In this document: positions 45,973 through 55,966 of the stretch, piece by piece
Layout of the letters: every line of letters begins with the position of its first letter
Numbering within the stretch: the stretch's first letter is position 1
From: Pseudomonadota bacterium
Lineage (GTDB): Bacteria > Pseudomonadota > Gammaproteobacteria > Xanthomonadales > Xanthomonadaceae
NCBI GenBank assembly: GCA_018241125.1
Contig: JAFEEL010000023.1
Span: 3,813 to 67,812 of the forward strand
DNA length: 64,000 bases
Direction of reading: 5' to 3'
The notes under the pieces: generated by a model
The model's database searches: none
Told to the model about the DNA's origin: nothing
Seen by the model: the letters and a program-made list of their open reading frames with translations, nothing else
Position numbers and translations under genes: made by a program

Positions 45973-48124
45973 AGACCCGCTGCACGTCCTGCACCACCGA
46001 TAGCCGACGGATGCGTCCGACCACGTCCGCCAGATGCCGAACCGACTTGACCTCGATGGTGAAGTGCATCACCGATGCCGTCACGTCACGCTCCTGATAT
46101 TCGACGCTGTCGATGTTGGACTTGGCTTCGGCCACCGCCGCGGCGACCTGCGCCAGTACGCCGGGCTTGTTGACCACGTCGATGCGCAGTTCGGCCAAAT
46201 AGTCGCCCTCGACGTGGCGATCCCAGCCGACGGCCAGGCAACGGTCGGGCGACTTGCGGTATTCGGGCACGTTGGTGCATTCGATCCGGTGCACCACCAC
46301 GCCCTTGCCAGCGCTCAGGTAGCCCATGATCGGATCGCCGGGGATGGGCCGGCAACACACCCCGTAGGTGAGCACCCCGCGTTCGGCGCCGGTGATCAGG
46401 ATGCCCTCGTCGCTGCCCCGGCGCGCGCCGCCGCGCAGATCCCCGCGCGCCAGCGCCTGCGCCACCTGCGCGGGCATGCGGTTGCCCAAGGCGATGTCGG
46501 CCAGCAACTCCTCCAGCCGCTTGTAACGGTTTTCCGCAAGATATTGTTCGAGCACCGCCGGCGCCACCCGATCCAGCGAGCTGGAGCGCACGTCCAGCGC
46601 GCGGTCGAGGATGCGGTGGCCCAGATCCACGGCGTCTTCGTGCTCCAGATGCTTGAGATGATGGCGGATCGCGGTGCGCGCCTTGCTGGACACCACGAAG
46701 TCCAGCCAGTTGGTGTGCGGCGAGGCCGACTTGGCGGTGATGATCTCCACCCGCTGGCCGCTGGCGAGCTTGCTGCGCAGCGGCGCCAGCTTGCCATCCA
46801 CGCGCGCGGCCACCGCGTGATTGCCCACGTCGGTGTGCACCGCATAGGCGAAATCCAAAGCCGTGGCGTTGCGCGGCAAGGCCAGGATCGCGCCCTTGGG
46901 GGTGAACAGGTACACCTCGTACGGGAACAGATCGACCTTGACGTGCTCGAGGAACTCCAGCGACGAGCCAGCGTACTGTTGCGATTCGAGCAGGCCGCGC
47001 AGCCAGTCGTGGGCGCGCGCCTGCGCGCTGTTGGGGCCGACGCCGCCGTGCTTGTACACCCAGTGCGCGGCGATGCCGCGCTCGGCGATCACGTCCATGT
47101 CCTCGGTGCGAATCTGCACTTCCAGCGGCGAGCCGTAGGGGCCGAACAACACCGTGTGCAGCGACTGGTAGCCGTTGGCCTTGGGGATGGCGATGAAATC
47201 GCGGAAACGCCCGTCCAGCGGCTTGTACAGCCCGTGCACCACGCCCAGCGCTTGATAACACTGGCTCACGGTGTTCACCACCACCCGGAAACCCAGCACG
47301 TCCATCACCTGCGTGAACGACTTTCGTTCGGAACGCATCTTGTTGTAGACGCTGTAGGGCGTCTTCACCCGCCCGACCACCCGGAACGGCAGGCCCTCCT
47401 CACGCAAGCGCTCGCCCAAGCGCTTCTCGATCGCCGCCATCGCCTCCCGGCGCACCACCGGCTGGCTGCGGATGCGCTGGCCGATCGCCGCATGGCGGCG
47501 CGGGTACAGGGCGCGGAAGCCCAGATCCTGCAACTCGCTGCGGATGCGATTCATCCCCAGCCGCTGCGCGATCGGCGCATAGATGTCCAGCGTCTCGCGG
47601 GCGATGCGCCGGCGACTGGCGTCGGCCATCGCATCGAGCGTACGCATGTTGTGCAGACGGTCGGCGAGCTTGATCATGATCACCCGCAAATCGCGCGACA
47701 TCGCCAGTAGCATCTTGCGGAAGCTCTCGGCGTCGGCCTCCTGACGGTCGCGGAACTTCAAGCGGTCGAGCTTGGTCACTCCCTCGACGAGGTCGGTGAC
47801 GGTTTCCCCGAAGGCCGCGGCCAGCGCTTGCCTCTGCAGTGGCGTGTCTTCCAGCGCGTCGTGCAAGATCGCCGCGCACAGCGTCTCCACATCCATGCGC
47901 AAATCGGCCAGGATCGAGGCCACCGCCACCGGGTGGGTGATGTAGGGCTCGCCGCTGCGCCGGGTTTGCCCGGCGTGCGCTGCCGCCCCCATCGCATAGG
48001 CGTGCCGCACCGTTGCCACCTGCTCGGCGGGCAGGTATTGGCGCAACTTGGCTTCGAGCGCGGCCACGTCTTCCGGGATCGAATCCAGATCGGGCACGGG
48101 CGGCAGCTGCGGCGGGGCGTCCAT
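45971..48124 (-). CDS. spoT: Bifunctional (p)ppGpp synthetase/hydrolase (SpoT-type RSH)
   Basis: 717 aa from ATG 48124 (MDAPPQLPP). HD hydrolase motif AAILHDALEDT, synthetase region (YQSLHTVLFGPYG), TGS and ACT regions. Codons upstream of 48124 are heptad-repeat sequence. Confidence 0.9.
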   Translation of the reverse strand: MDAPPQLPPVPDLDSIPEDVAALEAKLRQYLPAEQVATVRHAYAMGAAAHAGQTRRSGEPYITHPVAVASILADLRMDVETLCAAILHDALEDTPLQRQALAAAFGETVTDLVEGVTKLDRLKFRDRQEADAESFRKMLLAMSRDLRVIMIKLADRLHNMRTLDAMADASRRRIARETLDIYAPIAQRLGMNRIRSELQDLGFRALYPRRHAAIGQRIRSQPVVRREAMAAIEKRLGERLREEGLPFRVVGRVKTPYSVYNKMRSERKSFTQVMDVLGFRVVVNTVSQCYQALGVVHGLYKPLDGRFRDFIAIPKANGYQSLHTVLFGPYGSPLEVQIRTEDMDVIAERGIAAHWVYKHGGVGPNSAQARAHDWLRGLLESQQYAGSSLEFLEHVKVDLFPYEVYLFTPKGAILALPRNATALDFAYAVHTDVGNHAVAARVDGKLAPLRSKLASGQRVEIITAKSASPHTNWLDFVVSSKARTAIRHHLKHLEHEDAVDLGHRILDRALDVRSSSLDRVAPAVLEQYLAENRYKRLEELLADIALGNRMPAQVAQALARGDLRGGARRGSDEGILITGAERGVLTYGVCCRPIPGDPIMGYLSAGKGVVVHRIECTNVPEYRKSPDRCLAVGWDRHVEGDYLAELRIDVVNKPGVLAQVAAAVAEAKSNIDSVEYQERDVTASVMHFTIEVKSVRHLADVVGRIRRLSVVQDVQRV

Positions 48125-48167
48125 CGCCGGAGCGTAACCGCCCACGGCACAGGCGGCAACGGCGCGG

Positions 48168-48366
<199 letters not shown>

Positions 48367-48508
48367 CGGAACCCATGCGGCGCGTGCAAGCCCTACGCAG
48401 CGACTCGCGCACACACCATTGACCGCAATGGATCGTCAACAGAACCGGTGCGCGAGTCGGCGGCTTGCCGTCCCGGGGGTTCCAGATTTCACAGTCCCCG
48501 GCGAGCGA

Positions 48509-48805
48509 TCAGTCGTCGCCCTTGGACAGATCGTCGTCCACCACTTCGGCGGCGGCCCATTCCAGCGCCTCGCGTTCGCGGCGCTCGCGCTCGGTCTTGT
48601 CGATGGCATCGATGGTCGGCTGATCGATCTTGCGGGCGGCGATCTCGCGCAACGCCAGCACCGTGGGCTTGTCGCCGCCTTCCTCGCCTTCCAGCACCGA
48701 GGTCACGCCGCGCGCGAGCTGGCGCGCGCGCTTGGAAGCCATCATCACCAGCTCGAAGCGGTTGTCCACGACTTCCAGGCAGTCTTCAACGGTTACGCGG
48801 GCCAT
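48509..48805 (-). CDS. rpoZ: DNA-directed RNA polymerase subunit omega
   Basis: 98 aa from ATG 48805 (GGAG upstream). [30 protein letters not shown]. Confidence 0.95.
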   Translation of the reverse strand: MARVTVEDCLEVVDNRFELVMMASKRARQLARGVTSVLEGEEGGDKPTVLALREIAARKIDQPTIDAIDKTERERREREALEWAAAEVVDDDLSKGDD

Positions 48806-48925
48806 GCGAACTCCGGTCGATCCCGGCATGGATGCCGGAGAATAAAATGGACTGCGAAGTATAGCGGCGCGGCACGCTTGGCGCAATGCGAAGACCGACG
48901 ACCGCACATTCCGGCGCTGCTCCGG

Positions 48926-49546
48926 TCAGTTCGTCCCGCCCAGCAATGCCGCCAACAAGTCGGCGTGACGCGCTTCCTGCACCGCTCGGCGCAGGCGCTG
49001 GGCGGTGAAGATCGCGCACAGCTCGTCGGTGGCGCGCTCGAACACTTCGTTGACCACCAGATAATCGAACTCGCCGTAGTGCGCCATTTCTCCGCGCGCG
49101 GCCGCCAGTCGACGCACGATGACTTCCTCGCTGTCTTGCCCGCGCTTGCGCAGCCGGCGTTCGAGTTCGCCCAGCGACGGCGGCAGGATGAACACGCTCA
49201 TCGCCTCGGGCGACTTGACGCGCACCTGCCGCGCCCCCTGCCAGTCGATCTCCAGCAGCACGTCACGGCCAGCGGCCAGTTGCGGCTCCACCGACTGCCG
49301 CGCGGTGCCCTTGAAGTCGCCGTGCACCAACGCGTGCTCGTAGAAATTCCCGGCATCGACCATGCGCTGGAATTGCGCGGCGTCCACGAAATGGTAGTGC
49401 TTGCCGTCGACTTCGCCCGGTCGCGGCGCACGCGAAGTGAAGGACACCGACAAGCTCAGCGACGGATCGCGCGCCAGCACCGCCTGCACGAGGCTCGATT
49501 TGCCGGCGCCCGATGGGGCCGAGACGATGAACAGCGTTCCGCGCAT
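48926..49546 (-). CDS. gmk: Guanylate kinase
   Basis: 206 aa from ATG 49546. P-loop SAPSGAGKSSL. TSRAPRPGEVDGKHYHF. Confidence 0.95.
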   Translation of the reverse strand: MRGTLFIVSAPSGAGKSSLVQAVLARDPSLSLSVSFTSRAPRPGEVDGKHYHFVDAAQFQRMVDAGNFYEHALVHGDFKGTARQSVEPQLAAGRDVLLEIDWQGARQVRVKSPEAMSVFILPPSLGELERRLRKRGQDSEEVIVRRLAAARGEMAHYGEFDYLVVNEVFERATDELCAIFTAQRLRRAVQEARHADLLAALLGGTN

Positions 49547-49639
49547 GACCACCTCGGCAGTCTCTGACTCTCTTGCGGTGACGGGCTCGCCAATACAGAC
49601 GCGATGTATCCACGCTACGTCGTGCACGTGGTTCGACAC

Positions 49640-49800
49640 GGATCGTCTCGAACTGCGTTCTCGACCGATCCGGCTCACCACGAACGGGAACACATCGTTT
49701 CGCACTGCGTTCTCGATCGCTCTGGCTCACCACGAACGGGAACACATCGTTTCGCACTGCGTTCTCGATCGCTCTGGCTCACCACGGTCGGGAACTGCAA
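49640..49800. repeat. 52-bp tandem repeat, about 3 copies (unit CTCACCACGAACGGGAACACATCGTTTCGCACTGCGTTCTCGATCGCTCTGG)
   Basis: CTCACCAC recurs at 49674, 49726 and 49778 (period 52). Shares the CTCACCACGAACGGGA core with the 55-bp array at 22900-23128. Confidence 0.9.
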
Positions 49801-49860
49801 TCGGCAGTGTTACGCACGACACCCGTTGCCTGACGGGTACCTCGAAAAAATTCACTACAC

Positions 49861-49886
49861 GTCATTCCGCCCTTCGCCGGGATGAC
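49861..49886 (-). terminator. Imperfect hairpin plus T-run after yicC (possible terminator / REP)
   Basis: Minus strand reads GTCATCCCGGCGAAGGGCGGAATGAC followed by GTGTAGTGAATTTTTT, about 40 nt after the yicC stop. Confidence 0.35.
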
Positions 49887-49927
49887 GAGCAAAAATTCAA
49901 TCTTGCGAGTCTCCCTGATGCCATCAC

Positions 49928-50794
49928 TTACTCAAGGTTCTGGACCTGCTCGCGCAACTGTTCGATCAACACCTTCATTTCCACCGACGCCTGCGAGGTG
50001 CGCGCATCCACCGACTTGGAGCCGAGCGTATTGGCCTCGCGGTTGAACTCCTGCATCAGGAAATCCAGCCGTCGCCCGACCGCTTCGGGCAGCGCCAGCA
50101 CGCGCCGCGCCTCGGCGACGTGCGCATCGAGCCGGTCGAGTTCTTCGGCGACGTCGAGCTTCTGCAACGACAGCACCAGTTCCTGCTCCAGCCGCCCCGG
50201 ATCCAGCGGCTGCTTGAGATCGGCCAGGCGCGCGTCGAGCTTGGCGCGCAACCCCGCGCGAATCTCCGGCATCCACGCCCGGACCTGCTTCACCAGCGCA
50301 TCGATGCCAGCCAACCGCTCGCCCATCACCGCCGCCAGCTTGGCGCCCTCGCGCTCGCGCGCGGCAACAAATTCCTGAAGCGTTTCATCCAGCAACGCCA
50401 ACGCCTGCGCCTGCAAGCCGGCGACATCGCGCGGGGCTTCTTCCAGCACGCCGGGAAAGCGCAACAACTGCACGAAATCAGTGTGCATGTCGGGGAAACG
50501 CGCGTCCATTTCCTTGGCCAGGTGTTCCAACCGCGACAGCAGGGCGGCGTTGGGATGCAGTTCGGCGTGCGCACCCTCCGGTGGTCGGCAGCGCAGCGTC
50601 GCATCGACCTTGCCGCGGCTGATCTTGCCCGCCAGCCGCTCGCGCAACGTGGCTTCGGCCGAGCGCAATTCTTCCGGCAGGCGCACGCCCAGTTCGAAGA
50701 ATCGATGATTGACCGCGCGCAGGTCGCAGCCGAGCGTGCCCCACGGGGTGCTGCGCTCACAGGACGCGAAAGCGGTCATGCTGCGGATGGACAT
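49928..50794 (-). CDS. yicC: YicC-family stress-induced protein
   Basis: 288 aa from ATG 50794 (MSIRSMTAFA...). C-terminal EELDRL..H....R......GRRLDFLMQEFNREANTLGSKS signature. Confidence 0.9.
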   Translation of the reverse strand: MSIRSMTAFASCERSTPWGTLGCDLRAVNHRFFELGVRLPEELRSAEATLRERLAGKISRGKVDATLRCRPPEGAHAELHPNAALLSRLEHLAKEMDARFPDMHTDFVQLLRFPGVLEEAPRDVAGLQAQALALLDETLQEFVAAREREGAKLAAVMGERLAGIDALVKQVRAWMPEIRAGLRAKLDARLADLKQPLDPGRLEQELVLSLQKLDVAEELDRLDAHVAEARRVLALPEAVGRRLDFLMQEFNREANTLGSKSVDARTSQASVEMKVLIEQLREQVQNLE

Positions 50795-50872
50795 GGGCCA
50801 CGCACCGATAGTCGAAGGCATGGATGGTAAACTCTCGCGCCGCGCTTGCGGTGGTTTTTCCGGTATCTCGCG

Positions 50873-51601
50873 ATGAACAGCTCTGTGCGCCCCAGCGGCC
50901 GCGCGCCCGACCAGTTGCGCCAGATCGCGCTGCAACGCCACTACACCCGCCATGCCGAAGGCTCGGTGCTGGCCTGCTTCGGCGACACCCGCGTGCTGTG
51001 CACGGCCAGCATCGACAACCGCGTGCCGGCCTTCCTGCGCGGCAAGGGCGAGGGCTGGGTGACCGCCGAATACGGCATGCTGCCGCGCTCGACGCATTCG
51101 CGGATGAATCGCGAAGCAGCATCCGGAAGACAGGGCGGGCGCACGCTGGAAATCCAGCGCCTGATCGGCCGCGCGCTGCGCGCCTGCGTGGATCGGCGCG
51201 CGCTTGGCGAGCGCACGATCACTTTGGATTGCGACGTGTTGCAGGCCGACGGCGGCACCCGCACCGCCGCGATCACCGGCGCTTACGTGGCGCTGGTCGA
51301 TGCGCTGCGTGTGCTGCAAAAGCGCGGCGAGATCAGCAAGGACCCGCTGCACGGGGCGGTCGCTGCGGTGTCGGTGGGCGTGTACCGGGGCGTGCCGGTG
51401 CTCGACCTGGATTACGCCGAGGACTCGGCCTGCGACACCGACATGAATATCGTGATGAATGACGGCGGCGGTTTCATCGAGCTGCAGGGCACCGCCGAGG
51501 GCCATGCCTTCCGTCGCGATGACCTCGACGCGTTGCTGGCGCTGGGCGAAAAAGGCGTGCGCGAGTTGCTGACGTTGCAGCAGGCCGCTCTTGCAGAATG
51601 A
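50873..51601 (+). CDS. rph: Ribonuclease PH
   Basis: 242 aa from ATG 50873. [13 protein letters not shown]...[24 protein letters not shown], colinear with RNase PH. Confidence 0.95.
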   Translation: MNSSVRPSGRAPDQLRQIALQRHYTRHAEGSVLACFGDTRVLCTASIDNRVPAFLRGKGEGWVTAEYGMLPRSTHSRMNREAASGRQGGRTLEIQRLIGRALRACVDRRALGERTITLDCDVLQADGGTRTAAITGAYVALVDALRVLQKRGEISKDPLHGAVAAVSVGVYRGVPVLDLDYAEDSACDTDMNIVMNDGGGFIELQGTAEGHAFRRDDLDALLALGEKGVRELLTLQQAALAE

Positions 51602-51677
51602 CTACGTCGCGCACCGCGCGACGATCACTCCCCCGCTTCAATCACATGCCGCCGTCGCGCACGGCGCGACAATCACT

Positions 51678-51714
51678 CCCCCTCTCCCTCCGGGAGAGGG
51701 CAAGGGGTGAGGGA
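51678..51714. repeat. REP hairpin CCCCCTCTCCCTCC-GGGAGAGGGCAAGGGGTGAGGGA, preceded by two GTCGCGCAC(C/G)GCGCGAC hairpins
   Basis: Same CCCTCTCCC/GGGAGAGGG family as 22603 and 45600. The two small perfect palindromes sit at about 51606 and 51656. Confidence 0.8.
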
Positions 51715-51739
51715 CGCAAACTGCAAGAATTGAACCGAA

Positions 51740-52333
51740 ATGACCCGCCTGATCCTCGCCAGCTCCAACCGCGGCAAGCTCGCCGAGCTGGCCGACCTGC
51801 TGGCGCCATGCGGGTACGAGCTGATCGCGCAGTCCGACCATGGCGTGGGCGATGCCGAGGAAACCGGCGCCACCTTCATCGAGAACGCGATCATCAAGGC
51901 GCGCCACGCCACCCGCGCGACCGGCCTGCCGGCGCTGGCCGACGATTCGGGGTTGGTGGTGGACGCGCTCGACGGAGAACCGGGCCTGCGTTCGGCGCGC
52001 TACGCCGGCCGCCACGGCGACGACGCGGCCAACAACGCGCTGCTGCTGCAACGTCTGCGCGATGTGCCGGATACCGCCCGCAGCGCGCATTTCTACTGTG
52101 TGCTGGTCATGCTCCGCCATGCGCAAGACCCACAGCCGCTGATCGCCGAAGGTGCGTGGCATGGCCGCATTCTGCACGCCGCGCGCGGGGTCAACGGCTT
52201 TGGATACGACCCGTTGTTCCAGCCCGACGGGCATGCAGTCAGCTCCGCCGAACTCGACCCGGCGATGAAGAACGCGATCAGCCACCGCGGGCAGGCGCTG
52301 GCCGCGCTACGCGAGCGGCTATCGCGCGACTGA
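51740..52333 (+). CDS. rdgB: dITP/XTP pyrophosphatase (RdgB/HAM1 family)
   Basis: 197 aa. LASSNRGKLAE, ETGATFIENA, GFGYDPLF, ISHRGQA. Confidence 0.9.
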   Translation: MTRLILASSNRGKLAELADLLAPCGYELIAQSDHGVGDAEETGATFIENAIIKARHATRATGLPALADDSGLVVDALDGEPGLRSARYAGRHGDDAANNALLLQRLRDVPDTARSAHFYCVLVMLRHAQDPQPLIAEGAWHGRILHAARGVNGFGYDPLFQPDGHAVSSAELDPAMKNAISHRGQALAALRERLSRD

Positions 52334-52352
52334 GGCCGAGTGCCGCCTTTCC

Positions 52353-53612
52353 ATGCTGTCCCATCCGCCGCTGTCGCTTTACGTCCACCTGCCGTGGTGC
52401 GTGCGCAAGTGCCCGTACTGCGATTTCAACTCGCACCAGCGCCACGGCGAGCTGCCGTTCGAGGCCTACGTGGATGCGCTGATCGCCGACCTCGATCAGG
52501 ACCTGCCGCTGGTCTGGGGACGGGTCGTGCACAGCGTGTTCTTCGGCGGCGGCACGCCGTCGTTGTTCCCGCCGGCGGCGATCGACTGCTTCCTGCAAGC
52601 GGCCGGCGCGCGCCTGCGCTTCGCGCCGAATCTGGAAATCACTCTGGAAACCAATCCGGGCACCGCCGAGCACGGGCGCTTCGAGCTTTACCGCGCCGCC
52701 GGGGTGAACCGCTTGTCGTTCGGCGTGCAGAGTTTCGACGACGGCTGCCTGCAACGATTGGGCCGCATCCACGACAGCGCGCAGGCGGTGCACGCGATCA
52801 CGCTGGCGCAAGATGCCGGCTTCGACAACTTCAACATCGACCTGATGTACGCCCTGCCCGGGCAAACGCTGGCGATGGCCGCACACGACATCGACCGTGC
52901 GCTGGCGCTGTCTCCGACCCACCTGTCGCATTACCAACTCACACTCGAACCGGAAACCGCGTTCGCCAAGCGCCCACCGGCCGGCATCCCCGACGAGGAT
53001 GCCGCGTGGGACATGCAGGAACATTGCCGGCGCCTGCTCGCCGCTGCGGGCTTCGAGCACTACGAAGTCTCCGCCTACGCCAAGCCCGGCGCGCAGTGCC
53101 AGCACAATCGCAATTACTGGCTGTTCGGCGATTACCTCGGAATCGGCGCCGGCGCACACGGCAAGCTCACCGTGCCCGGACATTTGCCGCCCACCGACGC
53201 CGATGCAGCGTGCCGCGACGATGCGACCGGCGAACACCCCGGCGGCGGTATCTTGCGGCGCTGGAAGCTCAAGTCGCCCACGAGCTACATGGCCGCGGCG
53301 GGTAGCGAAAAGCGCATCGGCGGCGACGAATGGCTGAGCGCAACGCGGCGCCCGTTCGACTTCATGCTCAACGCCTTGCGTTTGCCGGAAGGGTTCGACT
53401 TGTCGTTGTTCGAGGCGCGCACGGGATTACCGCGTGCGGCCATCGGGGCGCAGCTGAAGACCGCACTCGCGCGCGGCTGGATCACGCACGACGGCGAGCA
53501 TGTGCAACCGACCGAACTGGGGCAGCGGTTCACCAATGACGTGATTGCGCTATTTCTTCCAGAGGACGGAGGACGGAGGACAGAAGACAGAACGGTGTTC
53601 AGCAGACAGTAG
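52353..53612 (+). CDS. hemW: Radical-SAM heme chaperone HemW (HemN-like, oxygen-independent coproporphyrinogen oxidase family)
   Basis: 419 aa. LSLYVHLPWCVRKCPYCDFNS (CxxxCxxC), GGGTPSL. The last ~18 codons (LPEDGGRRTEDRTVFSRQ) are encoded by a heptad array. Confidence 0.9.
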   Translation: MLSHPPLSLYVHLPWCVRKCPYCDFNSHQRHGELPFEAYVDALIADLDQDLPLVWGRVVHSVFFGGGTPSLFPPAAIDCFLQAAGARLRFAPNLEITLETNPGTAEHGRFELYRAAGVNRLSFGVQSFDDGCLQRLGRIHDSAQAVHAITLAQDAGFDNFNIDLMYALPGQTLAMAAHDIDRALALSPTHLSHYQLTLEPETAFAKRPPAGIPDEDAAWDMQEHCRRLLAAAGFEHYEVSAYAKPGAQCQHNRNYWLFGDYLGIGAGAHGKLTVPGHLPPTDADAACRDDATGEHPGGGILRRWKLKSPTSYMAAAGSEKRIGGDEWLSATRRPFDFMLNALRLPEGFDLSLFEARTGLPRAAIGAQLKTALARGWITHDGEHVQPTELGQRFTNDVIALFLPEDGGRRTEDRTVFSRQ

Positions 53613-53731
53613 TCAGTGCGCGTCCAGCAACGTGGTCGAGTATCGCAGTTCCTTTGCAACGGACTACAGACGACTGCCTACCTTTCCGTCCTCCGTCTTC
53701 TGTCCTCCGTCCTCTGTCTTCTGTCCTCTGG
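53559..53731. repeat. Inverted pair of heptad arrays (53559-53594 RGARGAC-type; 53686-53731 GTCYTCY-type) around a ~90-nt lower-GC loop
   Basis: Left arm CCAGAGGACGGAGGACGGAGGACAGAAGACAGAAC. Reverse complement of the right arm: CCAGAGGACAGAAGACAGAGGACGGAGGACAGAAGACGGAGGACGG. Confidence 0.9.
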
Positions 53732-53734
53732 CCC

Positions 53735-53925
53735 CGCTAAACTGTCCCCGCCCCGAGTGCACGGGAAGCCGGTGTAAGTCCGGCGCTGCCCCCGCAACGG
53801 TAAGCCAGACAAGTCTTCCATCACGCCACTGCGCAAGCGGGAAGGCGGAAGACGGATGCCCCGCATCGCCACCATTGCGATGTCGGGTGTCGCTGGCCAG
53901 CCCGGAGACCGGCTCGCGGCATCAC
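53735..53925 (+). promoter_or_regulatory. Cobalamin (B12) riboswitch
   Basis: Conserved core GGGAAGCCGGTGTAAGTCCGGCGCTGCCCCCGCAACGGTAAGCC, GCCACTG...GGGAAGGC, and B12-box AGCCCGGAGACCGGC. Directly 5' of a TonB-dependent receptor gene. Confidence 0.85.
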
Positions 53926-54031
53926 CGGCGCGTTGCGGAGGGCGACGTGGGCGAGGTTCGCTTCGTCGCGCGCTTCGTGCATCGCTGCCTTCCGTTCGTG
54001 CCTCCCACGGGGTTGCACCAACGGAGTCGTC

Positions 54032-55888
54032 ATGTCTTTGCATTCGAACGTTTTTCCACGCCGCCGCGCGCTCGCGGTCGCGGTGGCTTCCATCATCGTT
54101 TCGGCATCCGCACTGGCCGATCCGCCCACCGATCTGGATTCGGTCGTGGTCACCGGCACGCGCCACGCGCAGACCGTGGATGACTCGCTGGCCGCGGTGA
54201 CCGTCATCACCCGCGCCGACATCGAGCGCAGCCCGGCGACCGATGTCATCACGTTGCTGGCCCAGCAAGTCGGCGTGGACGTCGCGCGCACCGGCGGCGC
54301 CGGGCAATCCAGCAGCGTGTTTCTGCGCGGCGCCAACGCCAACCAGACACTCGTGTTGATCGACGGCATCCGCGTGGCCTCGGCCAGCAACGGCTTTTTC
54401 GACTTCGCGCACCTGCCGCTGGGCCAGATCGAGCGCATCGAGATCGTGCGCGGCCCGCGCGCGGCGTACTGGGGTTCGGACGCGATCGGCGGGGTGATCC
54501 AGATCTTCACCCGCAAGCCGAAGGGATTTTCGGCGGACGCCTTCGCCGGCAGCTACGCGCGCCGCGGCGGCGATGTGGCTTTCGGTGCGTCCAACGCCGA
54601 CGGCGCCTACATCGGCATGACCGCGGGGATCGACCACCAGCGCGGCTTCCCGGCGACCGATCCGTTCAACCCGTTCGGCAGCCCAGCCGACGACGGCTAT
54701 GCAAACCGCAACGCCAGCGTGCGCGGCGCGATCGTGCTGGGCACGCAGACGCTGAGCGTGGCCGCCCTGCACACCGACGGCGACACCCAGTTCGCCGGCG
54801 GCCCGGGTCCTGCGCCGGCGCGCTCACAGGCGCGCAACACCTCCGGCGGCGCCACGCTGGCCGGCACGGTGGTGGGTGGCTGGGCGCAATCGCTCAGCGT
54901 CGGCGGGGCCGATGCGGATCTGGACACGCCGGTGTACGCCAGCCGCTACGCCAGCCGGCGCAGCTCGGTGGACTGGGTGAACACGCTGACCGTGAATGCC
55001 GACAATGCTTTCGTGTTCGGCGGCAACTGGCAACGCCAGCGCGGAGTTTCGTACAACGGCTTCAGCGTCAACCCGGACGGCATCGACTACGCGCGCAGCA
55101 CCACCAATGCCGCCGGTTTCGTCGGTTACGACGGGCGCTTGGGCGCGCAGCACGTGGAACTGGCGATCCGCCACGACCGCAACAGCCAGTTCGGCGGCGC
55201 CACTACCGGCAGCGCCGCATGGGGCTGGCAGATCGACCCAGCGTGGCGCCTGCGCGCCTCGTGGGGGCAGGGATTCCGCGCGCCGAGTTTCGACGAACTG
55301 TACTCGCCGGGATTTTTCGGCTTCTATTCCGGCAATCCGAACCTGCACCCGGAGCGCTCGCAGAACTGGGAGGCCGGCGTGGAGTTCAAGCCGTCCAGCG
55401 AGCACGTCTTCACGCTGTCGGCGTGGCGCACGCGCGTGCGCGATCTGATCTCCTTCGATGGCGTCAACTTCTCGGCGATCAATGTCGCGCGCGCGGCGCT
55501 GGACGGGGCCGAGCTGTCGTATCGCTACACGCACGGATCGTGGAGCGCCGGCGCGGCGCTCACCATTCAGGACGCGCGAAACGCCGATACCGACGCGCAA
55601 CTGCTGCGCCGACCGCGCCGCAAGCTCGCCGCCGACCTGCGCTACGACTTCGGCAATGGCTGGCAGCTGGCGGTCGATGGATTGACCGCTTCCTCGCGAC
55701 AGGATTTCGGCGGCCCGCTGGGCGGCTATGCGGTGTTCAACCTTGCCGCGAGCTGGAACTTCCACCACGGCTGGCGCGCGCAACTGCGGCTGGACAATGT
55801 GTTCGCCAAGGATTACGAACTGGCGCGCGGCTACGACACCCCCGACCGCAACGTCCTGCTCACCGTGAGCTGGCAGCGGCCGGACTGA
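54032..55888 (+). CDS. btuB: TonB-dependent vitamin B12 receptor
   Basis: 618 aa from ATG 54032 (SD ACGGAG). Signal peptide, TonB box DSVVVTG, plug (IERIEIVRGPRAAYWGSDAIGGVIQI), 22-strand-type barrel. Preceded by the B12 riboswitch. Confidence 0.85.
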   Translation: MSLHSNVFPRRRALAVAVASIIVSASALADPPTDLDSVVVTGTRHAQTVDDSLAAVTVITRADIERSPATDVITLLAQQVGVDVARTGGAGQSSSVFLRGANANQTLVLIDGIRVASASNGFFDFAHLPLGQIERIEIVRGPRAAYWGSDAIGGVIQIFTRKPKGFSADAFAGSYARRGGDVAFGASNADGAYIGMTAGIDHQRGFPATDPFNPFGSPADDGYANRNASVRGAIVLGTQTLSVAALHTDGDTQFAGGPGPAPARSQARNTSGGATLAGTVVGGWAQSLSVGGADADLDTPVYASRYASRRSSVDWVNTLTVNADNAFVFGGNWQRQRGVSYNGFSVNPDGIDYARSTTNAAGFVGYDGRLGAQHVELAIRHDRNSQFGGATTGSAAWGWQIDPAWRLRASWGQGFRAPSFDELYSPGFFGFYSGNPNLHPERSQNWEAGVEFKPSSEHVFTLSAWRTRVRDLISFDGVNFSAINVARAALDGAELSYRYTHGSWSAGAALTIQDARNADTDAQLLRRPRRKLAADLRYDFGNGWQLAVDGLTASSRQDFGGPLGGYAVFNLAASWNFHHGWRAQLRLDNVFAKDYELARGYDTPDRNVLLTVSWQRPD

Positions 55889-55966
55889 GGCCGTCCTGGG
55901 CCGGCGGCTAGGCGCAAGCCGCCGGCTGGCATATGATCGCCGGCATCCGTTGGTTCAGGAAGCGTG

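Noticed and set aside
49928-51505. A 525-aa ORF extending yicC far upstream
   Set aside because: YicC homology starts at MSIRSMTAF (ATG 50794). The upstream 237 codons are antisense to the well-supported rph gene.
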